This document shows, one piece after another, positions 24,522-33,931 of a stretch of DNA of 64,000 nucleotides. Both the position numbers and the translations under genes were made by a program. A model generated the notes under the pieces. It saw only the letters and a list, made by a program, of their open reading frames with translations. It had not been told where the DNA came from and searched no databases. How positions within the stretch are numbered: position 1 is the first letter of the stretch; each line of letters opens with the position of its first letter. This DNA comes from Spirochaetota bacterium (GTDB lineage: Bacteria > Spirochaetota > UBA4802 > JAFGDQ01): positions 96,001-160,000 of the forward strand of contig JAZDKB010000015.1 in the NCBI GenBank assembly GCA_043803405.1, in the 5' to 3' direction.

Positions 24522-26174
24522 ATGAATAAACTCATACTCATCGGAATCAATGCCCGTTATTCGCATCCTGCGACTGCGCTTTATTATCTGAAACGATACG
24601 TGCGCGATCTCGAATGGGACGTCAGCATTAAAGAGTTCACAATAAACACACCTGCTCCCGAAATACTGCAAAGCATCAGTGACGAAAAACCGCGCGCTGT
24701 TGCCTTTTCGGTCTATATATGGAACACAACTCTTGTGCAGCAAGTGCTCAGCGCGCTTGGGCAGATGAACACCCGCCCTGTAATTGTGCTCGGCGGCCCG
24801 GACGCGTCCTATAATCCTGACGAGTGGCTCGCGCGGTATAGCTTCATAGATTACATCATTGCAGGACACGGTGAAGAAGCATTCCGGAATCTGTTCGCGG
24901 ACGATCTTATACGCAAAGAGCGCATCATCAGGATGCAGAATCCGCCCTTCCAGGAAATACCGTTCCCGTACACGGATGCAGACCTCGCCGGATTCACGCA
25001 CAGAAAGATATACTATGAATCGAGCAGGGGCTGTCTGTTTAAATGCGCGTACTGCCTTTCATCACGCGAGGATCAGCGGCTCGAGTTCAGAGACATTGGC
25101 CTTGTAAAAGAAGAACTTGAAATTATCATGAAACATAAACCCAGGATAATAAAATTCGTAGACCGCACTTTTAATTCAAAACAATCACACGCCCACGCTG
25201 TGTGGGAACACATAATCTGTTCGTATGCGCACTCCGGCACAAGGTTCCATTTCGAGATACATCCTGACCTTCTTAATGATAAAGACTTTGAGATCCTGAA
25301 AAAATGCCCTGCCGGCCTTTTCCAGTTCGAGATCGGCATTCAGTCGACAAATGAGCAAGCTTTGAAAGCCGTAAACCGTAAAGGAGACTGGGAAACTATC
25401 AAACCAAAGATTAAAAGGCTTATTGACATGAACACGATACCTGTGCATACAGACCTGATCGCAGGGCTGCCGTTCGAGGATTACGAGTCGCTCGCCTTTT
25501 CATTCAACGAAGTTTACCCGCTCGGGGCCGATCATTTTCAGCCCGGATATCTTAAAGTACTGCCCGGCACAGAAGTCCGGGAGCGCGCCAATGAATGGGG
25601 GCTGTGTTACGCTTCTGAGCCTCCGTACGAAGTAACGAGTAACAGCTGGCTCAACGCTGACAACATGAAAACTGTTAAAAGCATATCAAAGCTCGTAGAT
25701 ATTCTTTACAACTCCCATAGATTTAAAATAACGCTCGAAAATCTTTTGACGTTTTATAAATCCGCATTCTCTTTTTTTGAAGAATTATCCGGAACTGCTG
25801 CGCAAAAATCCGCGAAAGATGGGATGCAGTGGGAATATCTCGCCGGAATTCTGATCGAATGCGCTCTTGCGCTTCGAATTGATCGGGAATATATACTCGA
25901 CTGCCTGCGCTGGGACTGGTGCGCGTCTTCAGCAAGCAACCGGATGCCGAAGATGCTTAAAACAGACACAGAACGGAAAAAGCGTAAGGAGTTCTTCGCG
26001 CTTATAAAAGAGAAAAAGCAGGCGCTCTTACCTGAAAAAATTTCCGAAGTACCGGCTGCTGAACTATATTTCTTTTATGCTGAAACAGCGGATTTCCGCA
26101 ACAAATATCTGTCTGGAAAATCCTGTGCTGTGTTTATATGCGGTAAAAAAGAAGCGCTGATCTCTAATTTTTAA
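24522..26174 (+). CDS. B12-binding radical SAM protein (DUF4080 type)
   Basis: INARYSH, VLGGPDAS, ESSRGCLFKCAYC, FVDRTFN, DLIAGLP. Confidence 0.9.
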   Translation: MNKLILIGINARYSHPATALYYLKRYVRDLEWDVSIKEFTINTPAPEILQSISDEKPRAVAFSVYIWNTTLVQQVLSALGQMNTRPVIVLGGPDASYNPDEWLARYSFIDYIIAGHGEEAFRNLFADDLIRKERIIRMQNPPFQEIPFPYTDADLAGFTHRKIYYESSRGCLFKCAYCLSSREDQRLEFRDIGLVKEELEIIMKHKPRIIKFVDRTFNSKQSHAHAVWEHIICSYAHSGTRFHFEIHPDLLNDKDFEILKKCPAGLFQFEIGIQSTNEQALKAVNRKGDWETIKPKIKRLIDMNTIPVHTDLIAGLPFEDYESLAFSFNEVYPLGADHFQPGYLKVLPGTEVRERANEWGLCYASEPPYEVTSNSWLNADNMKTVKSISKLVDILYNSHRFKITLENLLTFYKSAFSFFEELSGTAAQKSAKDGMQWEYLAGILIECALALRIDREYILDCLRWDWCASSASNRMPKMLKTDTERKKRKEFFALIKEKKQALLPEKISEVPAAELYFFYAETADFRNKYLSGKSCAVFICGKKEALISNF

Positions 26175-26271
26175 AATATTTTCTATTGCTGGCAAATCAA
26201 GAATTTCATTGAAATATAAAATTGTTTAATATACTATTAACATAAGAGTAAAAAAATTTAGTGGGTTAATA

Positions 26272-26742
26272 TTGAAACCGAAAGTTTACATTGAAACCAG
26301 TGTAGCAAGTTACTTGACAGCATGGCGGAATCCTGATTTAATAATGGCTGCAAATCAGGAAATAACCAAGGAATGGTGGGACAACAAGGAACAATTTGAC
26401 CTGTTCTTATCCGCCTTAGTAATTCAGGAAGCATCATCCGGGGATACAGAAGCTGCTAAAAGACGTTTGCTTATATTAGAAGGCATTCCGGAAATTGACA
26501 TAACCGAGGAAGTGGAAAATTTTGCTATTGTGCTACTTGAAAAAATTCCTTTGCCGCCAAAAGCCAAGATCGATGTATTGCATATAGCAGCAGCAACAGT
26601 AGGAGGTATGGATTACCTGCTTACTTGGAACTGCAAACATATTGCAAATGCAATTCTTCGCCCTAAAATTGAAGCAATTGCAAGGGAGTATGGATATGAA
26701 CCGCCGATTATTTGCACTCCGCAAGAACTCTGGGAGGTTTAA
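26272..26742 (+). CDS. PIN-domain (VapC-like) toxin
   Basis: VYIETSV, DVLHIAAA, LLTWNCKH; TTGAAA-17-TACTAT promoter at 26209-26237. Confidence 0.88.
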   Translation: MKPKVYIETSVASYLTAWRNPDLIMAANQEITKEWWDNKEQFDLFLSALVIQEASSGDTEAAKRRLLILEGIPEIDITEEVENFAIVLLEKIPLPPKAKIDVLHIAAATVGGMDYLLTWNCKHIANAILRPKIEAIAREYGYEPPIICTPQELWEV

Positions 26743-26745
26743 ATT

Positions 26746-26922
26746 ATGTGGAAAGATTCTATAATAGAAGAAATTCATAAATACCGTGATGATTATTTAA
26801 AGCAATTCAACTATGATATTCATGAAATTTGCAAAGATATAAGAAAAAAACAAAATCAAAACGAAAGACAGCTTATTGCGCCCAAACCCCGTCCGGCTAA
26901 GAAGATTATAAAAACTGCCTGA
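26746..26922 (+). CDS. Small putative antitoxin (58 aa), not in ORF track
   Basis: GGAGG SD; MWKDSIIEEIHKYRDDYLKQFNYDIHEICKDIRKKQ..., resembling small partners found downstream of this PIN subtype; overlaps glpC 3' end. Confidence 0.7.
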   Translation: MWKDSIIEEIHKYRDDYLKQFNYDIHEICKDIRKKQNQNERQLIAPKPRPAKKIIKTA

Positions 26923-28111
26923 TCGCCATTGCAAGCAGGCTCACAGGATGCAGCACTTTATACTTAGTATTCATCTCGATCTGCCATTTGCACGATTCGC
27001 AGTCCGTTATTACTATATCAGGGCTCTCTCTTTCGATCCTTGCGGAAAGCTCGCTCCCGATTGTCTGCGACACGTCGTAATACTCGTTCTTGAACCCGTA
27101 CGTCCCTGCCAGTCCGCAGCACTCAGAGTGCAGCACGCGCAGGTCAAGCCCGGGCACTCTTTTAAGCACTTCGATCGTGAACATGACACCGCCCATGCGC
27201 TCCAGGTGGCACGGCGAGTGATAGGCAGCCTTTAAAAGCACAGGCTTCATTGCAGGCACATTACCTTTTTCGAACTCATCGTACAGGAAGCGCGTGATGA
27301 ATTCCAGCCTGTCGGATATTGCCGAATTGTCAAGCTCCAGCAGGTTTGGATATTCGTGCTTAAGAGCTATGTGGCAGCTCGACGACGTTGTGACGATCCG
27401 CATGCCGCTGCCCGCTGCCGCTTTGCTTAGCGAGCCGATATTAAAGAGAGCGTTTTTGCGCGCCTTCTTTACGTACCCGTTCGCTATAAGCGGAACGCCG
27501 CAGCATTTCTCGGGCGCAATCTCTATGCCTATGTTCATTGCGTTAAGGACTTTAATAAGGTCCATGCCCAGTTCATGATGATTATAATCAACATAGCATC
27601 CGTGGAAATATAATACCTTATTTTTATATCTCTCCTGATGTTCCCTTTGTCTGTTGTGCCAGTCATGAAAGGTGCCGGCAGCGTATTCCGGGAAGATCCT
27701 TTTGGAAGGTATCTTTAAAAATATGTCAAGGATCAGCTTTACGGGGTAAAGCCCGGTTATGAAGTTAACAATGGAGCTGAAGCGCGTTGCAATGCTCCCG
27801 AGCAGATCTGTGCGGCTGAGAAAGTAGTCGCGTATCCTGAATTTCTTTTTAAAATACTTCCATTTGGAGCTTTGAATAATGTCCGCGATTTTAACTCCGG
27901 ACGGGCACGCGATCTCGCATCGCTTGCAGTTTGAGCAGAACCCGAGCGACTTGTCCACGAGACGGGGGTCCTTTATCCTCAGGCGTTCGGCATCCGGGCC
28001 CGACTGCTTTGGCCCCGGGAAAAGGTGTGTTGCGCGCGCGACCGGGCAGTAAACAGTGCATACTGTGCACTTTATGCAGTGGTCAAAGCTGATATTGTCT
28101 ATATTCAGCAT
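26906..28111 (-). CDS. glpC: Anaerobic glycerol-3-phosphate dehydrogenase subunit C
   Basis: CIKCTVCTVYCP, PGPKQSGPD, CSNCKRCEIACP, two CCG domains. Confidence 0.95.
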   Translation of the reverse strand: MLNIDNISFDHCIKCTVCTVYCPVARATHLFPGPKQSGPDAERLRIKDPRLVDKSLGFCSNCKRCEIACPSGVKIADIIQSSKWKYFKKKFRIRDYFLSRTDLLGSIATRFSSIVNFITGLYPVKLILDIFLKIPSKRIFPEYAAGTFHDWHNRQREHQERYKNKVLYFHGCYVDYNHHELGMDLIKVLNAMNIGIEIAPEKCCGVPLIANGYVKKARKNALFNIGSLSKAAAGSGMRIVTTSSSCHIALKHEYPNLLELDNSAISDRLEFITRFLYDEFEKGNVPAMKPVLLKAAYHSPCHLERMGGVMFTIEVLKRVPGLDLRVLHSECCGLAGTYGFKNEYYDVSQTIGSELSARIERESPDIVITDCESCKWQIEMNTKYKVLHPVSLLAMAIRQFL

Positions 28112-28153
28112 CCGCGTTCCTGTTTGTGTGGTTGAGTGATGATTGTGATTTAT

Positions 28154-28298
28154 AACCTCATCCCCCTAACCTCCTTCTCCAACCCCCTCTGCCGCTTCGC
28201 GGCTTCTCCCCCTTAACAGGGGGAGCAATCTTAGCTACACATGTTGCTTCCCCTGCTAAGGGGAAGGTGGCCGAAGGCCGGAAGGGGTTTCAGGGAGT
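28154..28298. repeat. REP-like GC-rich composite palindrome
   Basis: Inverted arms 28181-28227 and 28245-28289, each with two internal hairpins (GCCGC-TTC-GCGGC, CTCCCCCT..AGGGGGAG; TTCCCCT..AGGGGAA, GGCC-GAA-GGCC); partial second element at 28154-28180. Confidence 0.8.
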
Positions 28299-28308
28299 CC
28301 GATTTTCT

Positions 28309-29604
28309 CTACTTCTTCTTTATTCCCTTCACAATATTTTTTGCTGCCATGTATCCTGTGCACACCGCCACTCCGCCGCCGGATGCCTCCTTAACAGGAT
28401 TGTAATGGGCCAGTATCGCGCCTGCGCATAAGAGATTTTTTACTGCTTTGCCGGTGCTGTCCAGCGGGTTCAGCGACTTGTTTGTCTCAACGCCGTATTC
28501 AAGGAATGCGTGGCTCTTTCTGTCGAAGAGCTTTGCAGCGCTCCAGTCCGCGCGCTTATGCGAATAACTTACCTTAAGGTTAAAGACCGGCTCTCTTATT
28601 GAGTCCACGTCCGAGGCCAGCCCGCCGGAGAAAAAGCTCCCGGACGCGAGCACATAAAAGCGCGCCTTTAATGCGTCGTCGCCGTAATTCTCAGTATGCA
28701 GATGCTCCACCGCGTTGTTATTGATAACCGCGCCGTTAACCTTGTCGCCTGCAACAAGCACGCCGCCAAGAGACGCGAACGCGGACTTAAGCGCATTGTC
28801 GAGCCTCATGCCCAGAAGCGAAGGAGGCGGTGTCGGTATCTCGCACACAGCCTTGCCGCTTATTATCTGAAGCATCTCGTGATGCTTCCTGTAATTATTA
28901 ATGCCCATGAACGCGGGCAGGCAAACAATGTCCGCGTCAGCCGCAATCTGTTTAATCTGCCTGCCGATATCTTCCATAAATTCCGGATTGTCGAAAACCC
29001 TGGCAATATCAATCGAACGGTATTCGTACAAATTCCTTTTTATCTTCTTATGATTAGGGTAAATAAGTTCGCCTGTTATAAATTCCCTGTCCCTGAATTC
29101 CTTGCTCTTCCTTAAATTTGCAATGGTTATCTCCGGATAAAAGTCCCTGTATCCTTCAAAATTAAGGACAGCGATCTTTGCTTTGTTTTCCAACAGCGTG
29201 CGGATATTTTCATTGCACACGCTTTGCTGAAAAAAATACGAAGGCTTAAGAGCTCCGAGTGTCGTAAAATGAAAATAATTTTTATTATGATAATTGTAGA
29301 AATCGATTCCCTCGTCCGCCGCAATATCTTTAAAGAAAAACAGGGCCTCCCTGATATTATCGACCCCGCATTTCGCGTAAGGATGATTTTTGTCTGTCCT
29401 GATGAGCTTTTCTATATGATTAAACGGATTACTAATGATCTTCTTTTTATCATCATAGCCGAAAACGTCGATTGAGCCTGAGGCGAAATGCAGCGCGCTC
29501 ATGCCCGATGTAATAACTGCGCAGCTTAAGCCTTCTTTAAGGCACTTTATGCCGCATGTTAAACCGGCCAGCCCGCTTCCTATAATGATACAATCGTAAT
29601 TCAC
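28309..29604 (-). CDS. glpB: Anaerobic glycerol-3-phosphate dehydrogenase subunit B
   Basis: IIGSGLAG, GMSALHFASGSID, PTPPPSLLGMRL, LASGSFFSGGL; GTG start with GGAG SD. Confidence 0.95.
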   Translation of the reverse strand: MNYDCIIIGSGLAGLTCGIKCLKEGLSCAVITSGMSALHFASGSIDVFGYDDKKKIISNPFNHIEKLIRTDKNHPYAKCGVDNIREALFFFKDIAADEGIDFYNYHNKNYFHFTTLGALKPSYFFQQSVCNENIRTLLENKAKIAVLNFEGYRDFYPEITIANLRKSKEFRDREFITGELIYPNHKKIKRNLYEYRSIDIARVFDNPEFMEDIGRQIKQIAADADIVCLPAFMGINNYRKHHEMLQIISGKAVCEIPTPPPSLLGMRLDNALKSAFASLGGVLVAGDKVNGAVINNNAVEHLHTENYGDDALKARFYVLASGSFFSGGLASDVDSIREPVFNLKVSYSHKRADWSAAKLFDRKSHAFLEYGVETNKSLNPLDSTGKAVKNLLCAGAILAHYNPVKEASGGGVAVCTGYMAAKNIVKGIKKK

Positions 29605-29623
29605 CTGAATTTACTCCCTGAAA
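29599..29623. repeat. Left copy of imperfect direct repeat ATTCACCTGA-N9-CTGAAA (covers glpB SD and GTG)
   Basis: Matches 32267-32291. Confidence 0.55.
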
Positions 29624-29639
29624 CACTAAATTTTCTTTG

Positions 29640-29975
29640 CATAAAAGGCAGTTTTCCCTGTCCGGACAGCCTTTTTCCCTGTATAATAGAGCTTATCGCC
29701 TCTCCGACTATCGGCGTCCTATGTAAAACAGGGAAGTTTCCCTCTCCGAAAGCCGGCGTTGAGTAAAATATACCCGATTTCGAGTATCTGAATATCGGCG
29801 TTCCCTCTAAAACAGGAAAAATTCCCTCTCTGAGAGCCGGTGTCCCCTATAAAACAGGGAAGTTTCCCTCTCCGAAAGCCGGCGCTGGGTAAAATATACC
29901 CGATTTTGAGTCTCTGAATATCGGAGTCTGTTAAAAAACAGTCGGTTTCTTCTATAATAATAAGCTTTGATCCTC
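29640..29975. repeat. Degenerate 21/42-bp periodic tandem array
   Basis: About 16 consecutive 21-nt units alternating TAAAACAGGGAAGTTTCCCTC-like and TCYGAAWRYCGGCGT-like; block at 29724 recurs at 29850. Confidence 0.85.
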
Positions 29976-30166
29976 CAAAGTGTGTCTGAAATACTTCTCA
30001 GAGCATATACTATCTCCAAATATGTTTTTATGCACCGAGGCATATTCGTTTGCACCGGAACATTTTTTATGACGGTCTGGAATGAAAAAATAAAAAGTTT
30101 AAAGCGGATTGTGCAGATAATATTTTTATTATAACATTAGCAAATTAACTTTACTGCTTAATGTTT

Positions 30167-30901
30167 TTATCTGCGACCCGGGGGAGCATAATAGACTGGA
30201 TAATTATAATTGGTATTTTTAATCTCATTCATATAATACATAGACCCGCTTAAGACTTTTCTCTCTATTATTAAACCGCTTGGTCCATAATAGACACCGC
30301 ACGTAACTTCACCTATACCTTCCAAAAAACTATATTTTACATTTGCTACACTGCTCACACCATCACACTTAACACTTGCGGGCTTGCTTTTTTCATTTTC
30401 AAAATACATTTCCTTTATTTTGCCAGAATGTCCAGCATAAACAATTTTTTTAAAGGCATAGCCCTCCGGTATACAAACCGGTTTCCCTGTCTTATTCAAA
30501 AATGAAATTAAAATTGCATAATCATTTTCATTCATCGGTATGTAACTTAATTGTTTAATTGCATATCCGTCTTTATTTTCAACAGAGGCTCCATTAGCAT
30601 TATAACAATGCTCTTCTATAAGCTTCCCTTCGGAATTATATAAATATTTTATTGTAGAAACTCCGGGCAGCAAAACATTATTGGAGTCTCTTAATTCAAA
30701 ACTATGTAATTTGCCGTTAACATCGTAATACTTTAGTTGTTTTCCCGAAGCAGTATTTTCAGCTATAATAGTTCCCAATCTTTGACCATTCTCAATCCAT
30801 GGCTCTTTTGTTTGACCGGAACGGCTGCCGGTACCTGTCGTACATCCTGCAAAAAAAACAATAATTAAAAAATAAATGCCAAAGATATATTTATTCTTCA
30901 T
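30167..30901 (-). CDS. Lipoprotein with YD/MORN-variant-like beta repeats
   Basis: Lipobox FAGC; YYDVNGKL, YNSEGKLIEE, YNANG, GYA repeats. Confidence 0.7.
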   Translation of the reverse strand: MKNKYIFGIYFLIIVFFAGCTTGTGSRSGQTKEPWIENGQRLGTIIAENTASGKQLKYYDVNGKLHSFELRDSNNVLLPGVSTIKYLYNSEGKLIEEHCYNANGASVENKDGYAIKQLSYIPMNENDYAILISFLNKTGKPVCIPEGYAFKKIVYAGHSGKIKEMYFENEKSKPASVKCDGVSSVANVKYSFLEGIGEVTCGVYYGPSGLIIERKVLSGSMYYMNEIKNTNYNYPVYYAPPGRR

Positions 30902-31053
30902 AATTTATTCCTTAGTATTTAGTATTTAAATAGTTCCTGGTAAATAATTCATTATGAATCACTAAAAGCTTGTCTCAACAGGCATAAAATTTATCACTGA
31001 TGAGTTATTTAGATAATCACTATTTCGAAATACCTTAGTTCCCAAAGTATTAA

Positions 31054-31476
31054 TTACAAACGAACAACATCACCTTCTATTTCAACATAAACATAATTCG
31101 GCAATATTGGTATTAAAGATGTTAAAAGCCAGAGCCAGTCATTGTAAGCTTTTATCGTTAAATTAACAATAGCATTACCATTTGCATTTTTCATTTCTTT
31201 TATTAAATCTTCAGACAGATCATAATTATCCGAACCCAAATTAACGCCTCTCCAAAACATAGCCCAAAAGAACTTTTGGATTTGAAAATGTTTAAGAACT
31301 TCATTATTAGACGGCTTTTTTAAAGCTCCGTTAGCATCAATTATGTATGGGGTAAAACTGACCGGCTGATCTATTTGCGATGCCTTTATACTGCATTTTA
31401 CACCTGCACAGGAAACATACAGTATTGAAGAAAAACCAATAAACTACAGTATAGTTATTTTAAAATATTTTTTCAT
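31054..31476 (-). pseudogene. Lipoprotein gene with in-frame TAG at codon 11
   Basis: ATG 31476: MKKYFKITIL*FIGFSSILYVSC... continues in frame into track ORF 31054..31260; TAG at 31446-31444. Confidence 0.75.
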
Positions 31477-31477
31477 T

Positions 31478-31942
31478 TTATTTTCCCTTCTCCGGTTTAA
31501 TTGGTTTATCTGCTTTTTGCACATCGCCTTTAATTGTAATTTTTGCGCCTTGAGATAAAACAAGGCAACCGTTAATACCAACTGTTTCTATATCGAGATT
31601 GACATTATTAATTATTTTTGTATTATCCCCTCCGATCTTTTTAAATGCCTGCACCTGTGCTTCATTTGTATTGAATGCTTTTGAGTTATAGGATGAAGCC
31701 GTTATTTGCTCACCTACTTTTGCTTCATATTTATCGACAGGGATCAAAGCAGGCCTGGATTTCTGATCGCCAATATATGGATTCGCATTCAATATTACAG
31801 GTTGTTCCAGCCTTCTTAAGTCGATATTTGCTGTTGAACAACTGAATAAAATACTAAAAAATATTAAACATCCACAAAAAATCTGATAATAATTAATATT
31901 ATACTCTTGAATTAATTGAATTTTACCACTGCCTGCATTCAT
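31478..31942 (-). CDS. Hypothetical lipoprotein
   Basis: Lipobox LFSC; resembles its neighbour (EQPV..PYI vs DQPV..PYI; IKGDV vs IEGDV). Confidence 0.7.
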   Translation of the reverse strand: MNAGSGKIQLIQEYNINYYQIFCGCLIFFSILFSCSTANIDLRRLEQPVILNANPYIGDQKSRPALIPVDKYEAKVGEQITASSYNSKAFNTNEAQVQAFKKIGGDNTKIINNVNLDIETVGINGCLVLSQGAKITIKGDVQKADKPIKPEKGK

Positions 31943-32266
31943 TTTTACCTCTCTTTAAGCATTTTAAATCAATCTCAGTTGCTTTTTGATTTTTTATTAT
32001 CTCAAAATTATTCCCAAAACCTGCATTTAAGTTATCTGTTGTAAAATTTAAGCTGTTCTTATATATAGAATAACAAGCAAATAAAATATCCTTTAAAAAT
32101 TAATGTAATTCTTCAATTTCAAATAAGTTATAGAAAGAACGCAAAATTTATCATTATAAATAAAGTATATAAGGCATTATTTATTATTTTTTTAATATTT
32201 ATATACAATCTGTAATTAAAAAAAATATATATATTTGTCAACTAATTTTAAATGTTTAGTGATAGT

Positions 32267-32291
32267 ATTCACCTGATACATCCTTCTGAAA
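32267..32291. repeat. Right copy of imperfect direct repeat, 26 nt beyond the glpA stop
   Basis: ATTCACCTGA-TACATCCTT-CTGAAA; minus strand reads AAGGA...GTG AAT like the glpB start. Confidence 0.55.
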
Positions 32292-32317
32292 TAAAATGAA
32301 TTAACTTGCTATCTTTC

Positions 32318-33931
32318 TTATTTCACTTCCCCAATCCCGAACAGCCCTTCGTATACCCAGTAAATGAATTCGGCTTCGCGCATAGCATCGCCCCAGAACA
32401 CGGGCCTTATGCCTTTCCACCGCTCTTCAATAAAGTCTGCCAGCAGTTTGTCCGCGTCTTCCGGCTCTGCTGCGCCGTACTGCACAAACAGCCCTGCAGA
32501 GCGGTACGCGCAGAGTTCGCCCTGGCAAGGGCCCATTCCTATGCGCGTCCTTCGTTTTAAATCCTCAAGGTCCCGAACATTAAAATTCTTTATCACATAA
32601 GCGATCTCGCCTTCTGTCACTATTTCGCATTCGCATATAATACGATAATTTTTTTTATCCCGCTTTAATATGCGCGCTATCCTTTCGCCGTGCCTGTTGA
32701 ACGTTGATCCCACAACAGAGTTGGCTATCCCTGTATAATGCTTGACCGAACGCGCCTCAAGCTTCCTCATCTTTGACCCGGGCAAATGCTTTTTATGTGT
32801 GACGCACTTTTTATTTATCTTTAGCTTTTTACACGCGAGGTCGGCAGCCATTTCCGCCATTAGCCTGTACGTCATCAGCTTGCCGCCCGTAATTGTAATG
32901 ATGCCCCCTACCCCGTCGCGCTCCTCGTGATCCAGCAATGCAATGCCGCGGCTTATCTTCCTGCCGTCGTTCGCTTTTCCCTGGGCAACAAGCGGCCTTA
33001 CGCCGGAGTACACCCTCAGCACCCTTGCCTTTGCGACATCAGGAATCATCTCCTTCGCGCGCATATACAGCTCTTCTATCTCGTCATTATCCGGCATCGG
33101 GTTATCGATGCGGTTATAGTCTATATTTTTAGATGTGGTGCCCACAAGCGAAACAGTATCGTTAGGAACAATGATGTCTCCGTTCGAAGGCGCCCTGCAG
33201 CAGTTAAGCACAATATTGTTTATCCTGTAATCGATAACAAGAACGCTTCCCTTTGATGCGGTCATTTTAAGATCAATGCCTGCCATGCTGCACAAATTCT
33301 GCGCCCAGATTCCGGATGCATTGACAATGAGGTCCGCGTATATACCGAACTCCTCGCCTGTCTTTTCATCAACGCATGTAACGCCCTTTACGATATCTTT
33401 GTCGCGTATAATTCCTGTTATGCCAGTGTATGTGTATGCCTTTGCTCCGTGTTCCTCTGCATCGAGTATATTGGCAACAGCCAGCCTGAACGGGTCTATT
33501 GTGCCGTCCGGCACATGAAGGGCGGATACAATGCCGGGGTTAATATTGGGCGCCATTTTAAACACTTTTTTTACGTTTATATTTTCGCAGTGAATTCCGG
33601 CTTCCCTGCAGCCTTTCATTAATTTTTCGTGGTAGGATTCGTCATCTCCCGGGAGCGTAACGAACAGGCCGCCTGTGCTTTCAACGCAATTGCGCGCTAT
33701 CTTTTTTAATATGATGTTTTCCGAAATGCACTCGCGCGCGGACTCAATATCGCTCACTGCGTATCTCGCGCCCGAGTGCAGAAGCCCGTGGTTGCGTCCC
33801 GTAGTCCCGTTCGCAATATCCTTCTTCTCCAGAAGCACTGCCTTTATACCGCGCAGCGACAGATCGCGCAGCACGCCAGCGCCGGTTGCCCCTCCGCCAA
33901 TAACTATTGCCTGTGTATCAATTCTTTTCAT
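32318..33931 (-). CDS. glpA: Anaerobic glycerol-3-phosphate dehydrogenase subunit A
   Basis: IGGGATGAG, GTTGRNHGLLHSGARY, GGKLMTYRLMAE, CECE...RTRIGMGPCQGELC. Confidence 0.96.
   Translation of the reverse strand: MKRIDTQAIVIGGGATGAGVLRDLSLRGIKAVLLEKKDIANGTTGRNHGLLHSGARYAVSDIESARECISENIILKKIARNCVESTGGLFVTLPGDDESYHEKLMKGCREAGIHCENINVKKVFKMAPNINPGIVSALHVPDGTIDPFRLAVANILDAEEHGAKAYTYTGITGIIRDKDIVKGVTCVDEKTGEEFGIYADLIVNASGIWAQNLCSMAGIDLKMTASKGSVLVIDYRINNIVLNCCRAPSNGDIIVPNDTVSLVGTTSKNIDYNRIDNPMPDNDEIEELYMRAKEMIPDVAKARVLRVYSGVRPLVAQGKANDGRKISRGIALLDHEERDGVGGIITITGGKLMTYRLMAEMAADLACKKLKINKKCVTHKKHLPGSKMRKLEARSVKHYTGIANSVVGSTFNRHGERIARILKRDKKNYRIICECEIVTEGEIAYVIKNFNVRDLEDLKRRTRIGMGPCQGELCAYRSAGLFVQYGAAEPEDADKLLADFIEERWKGIRPVFWGDAMREAEFIYWVYEGLFGIGEVK

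Noticed and set aside
29640..29975. CRISPR array
   Set aside because: No constant repeat with unique spacers; no cas genes
29807..30055. 82-aa ORF as a real gene
   Set aside because: No clear SD; stops mid-array while the same repeat continues with further stops
31444..31446. Pyrrolysine or genome-wide TAG recoding
   Set aside because: TAG ends ordinary genes here (rbfA, glpB, vapC); site is in a signal peptide; no pyl genes in the window
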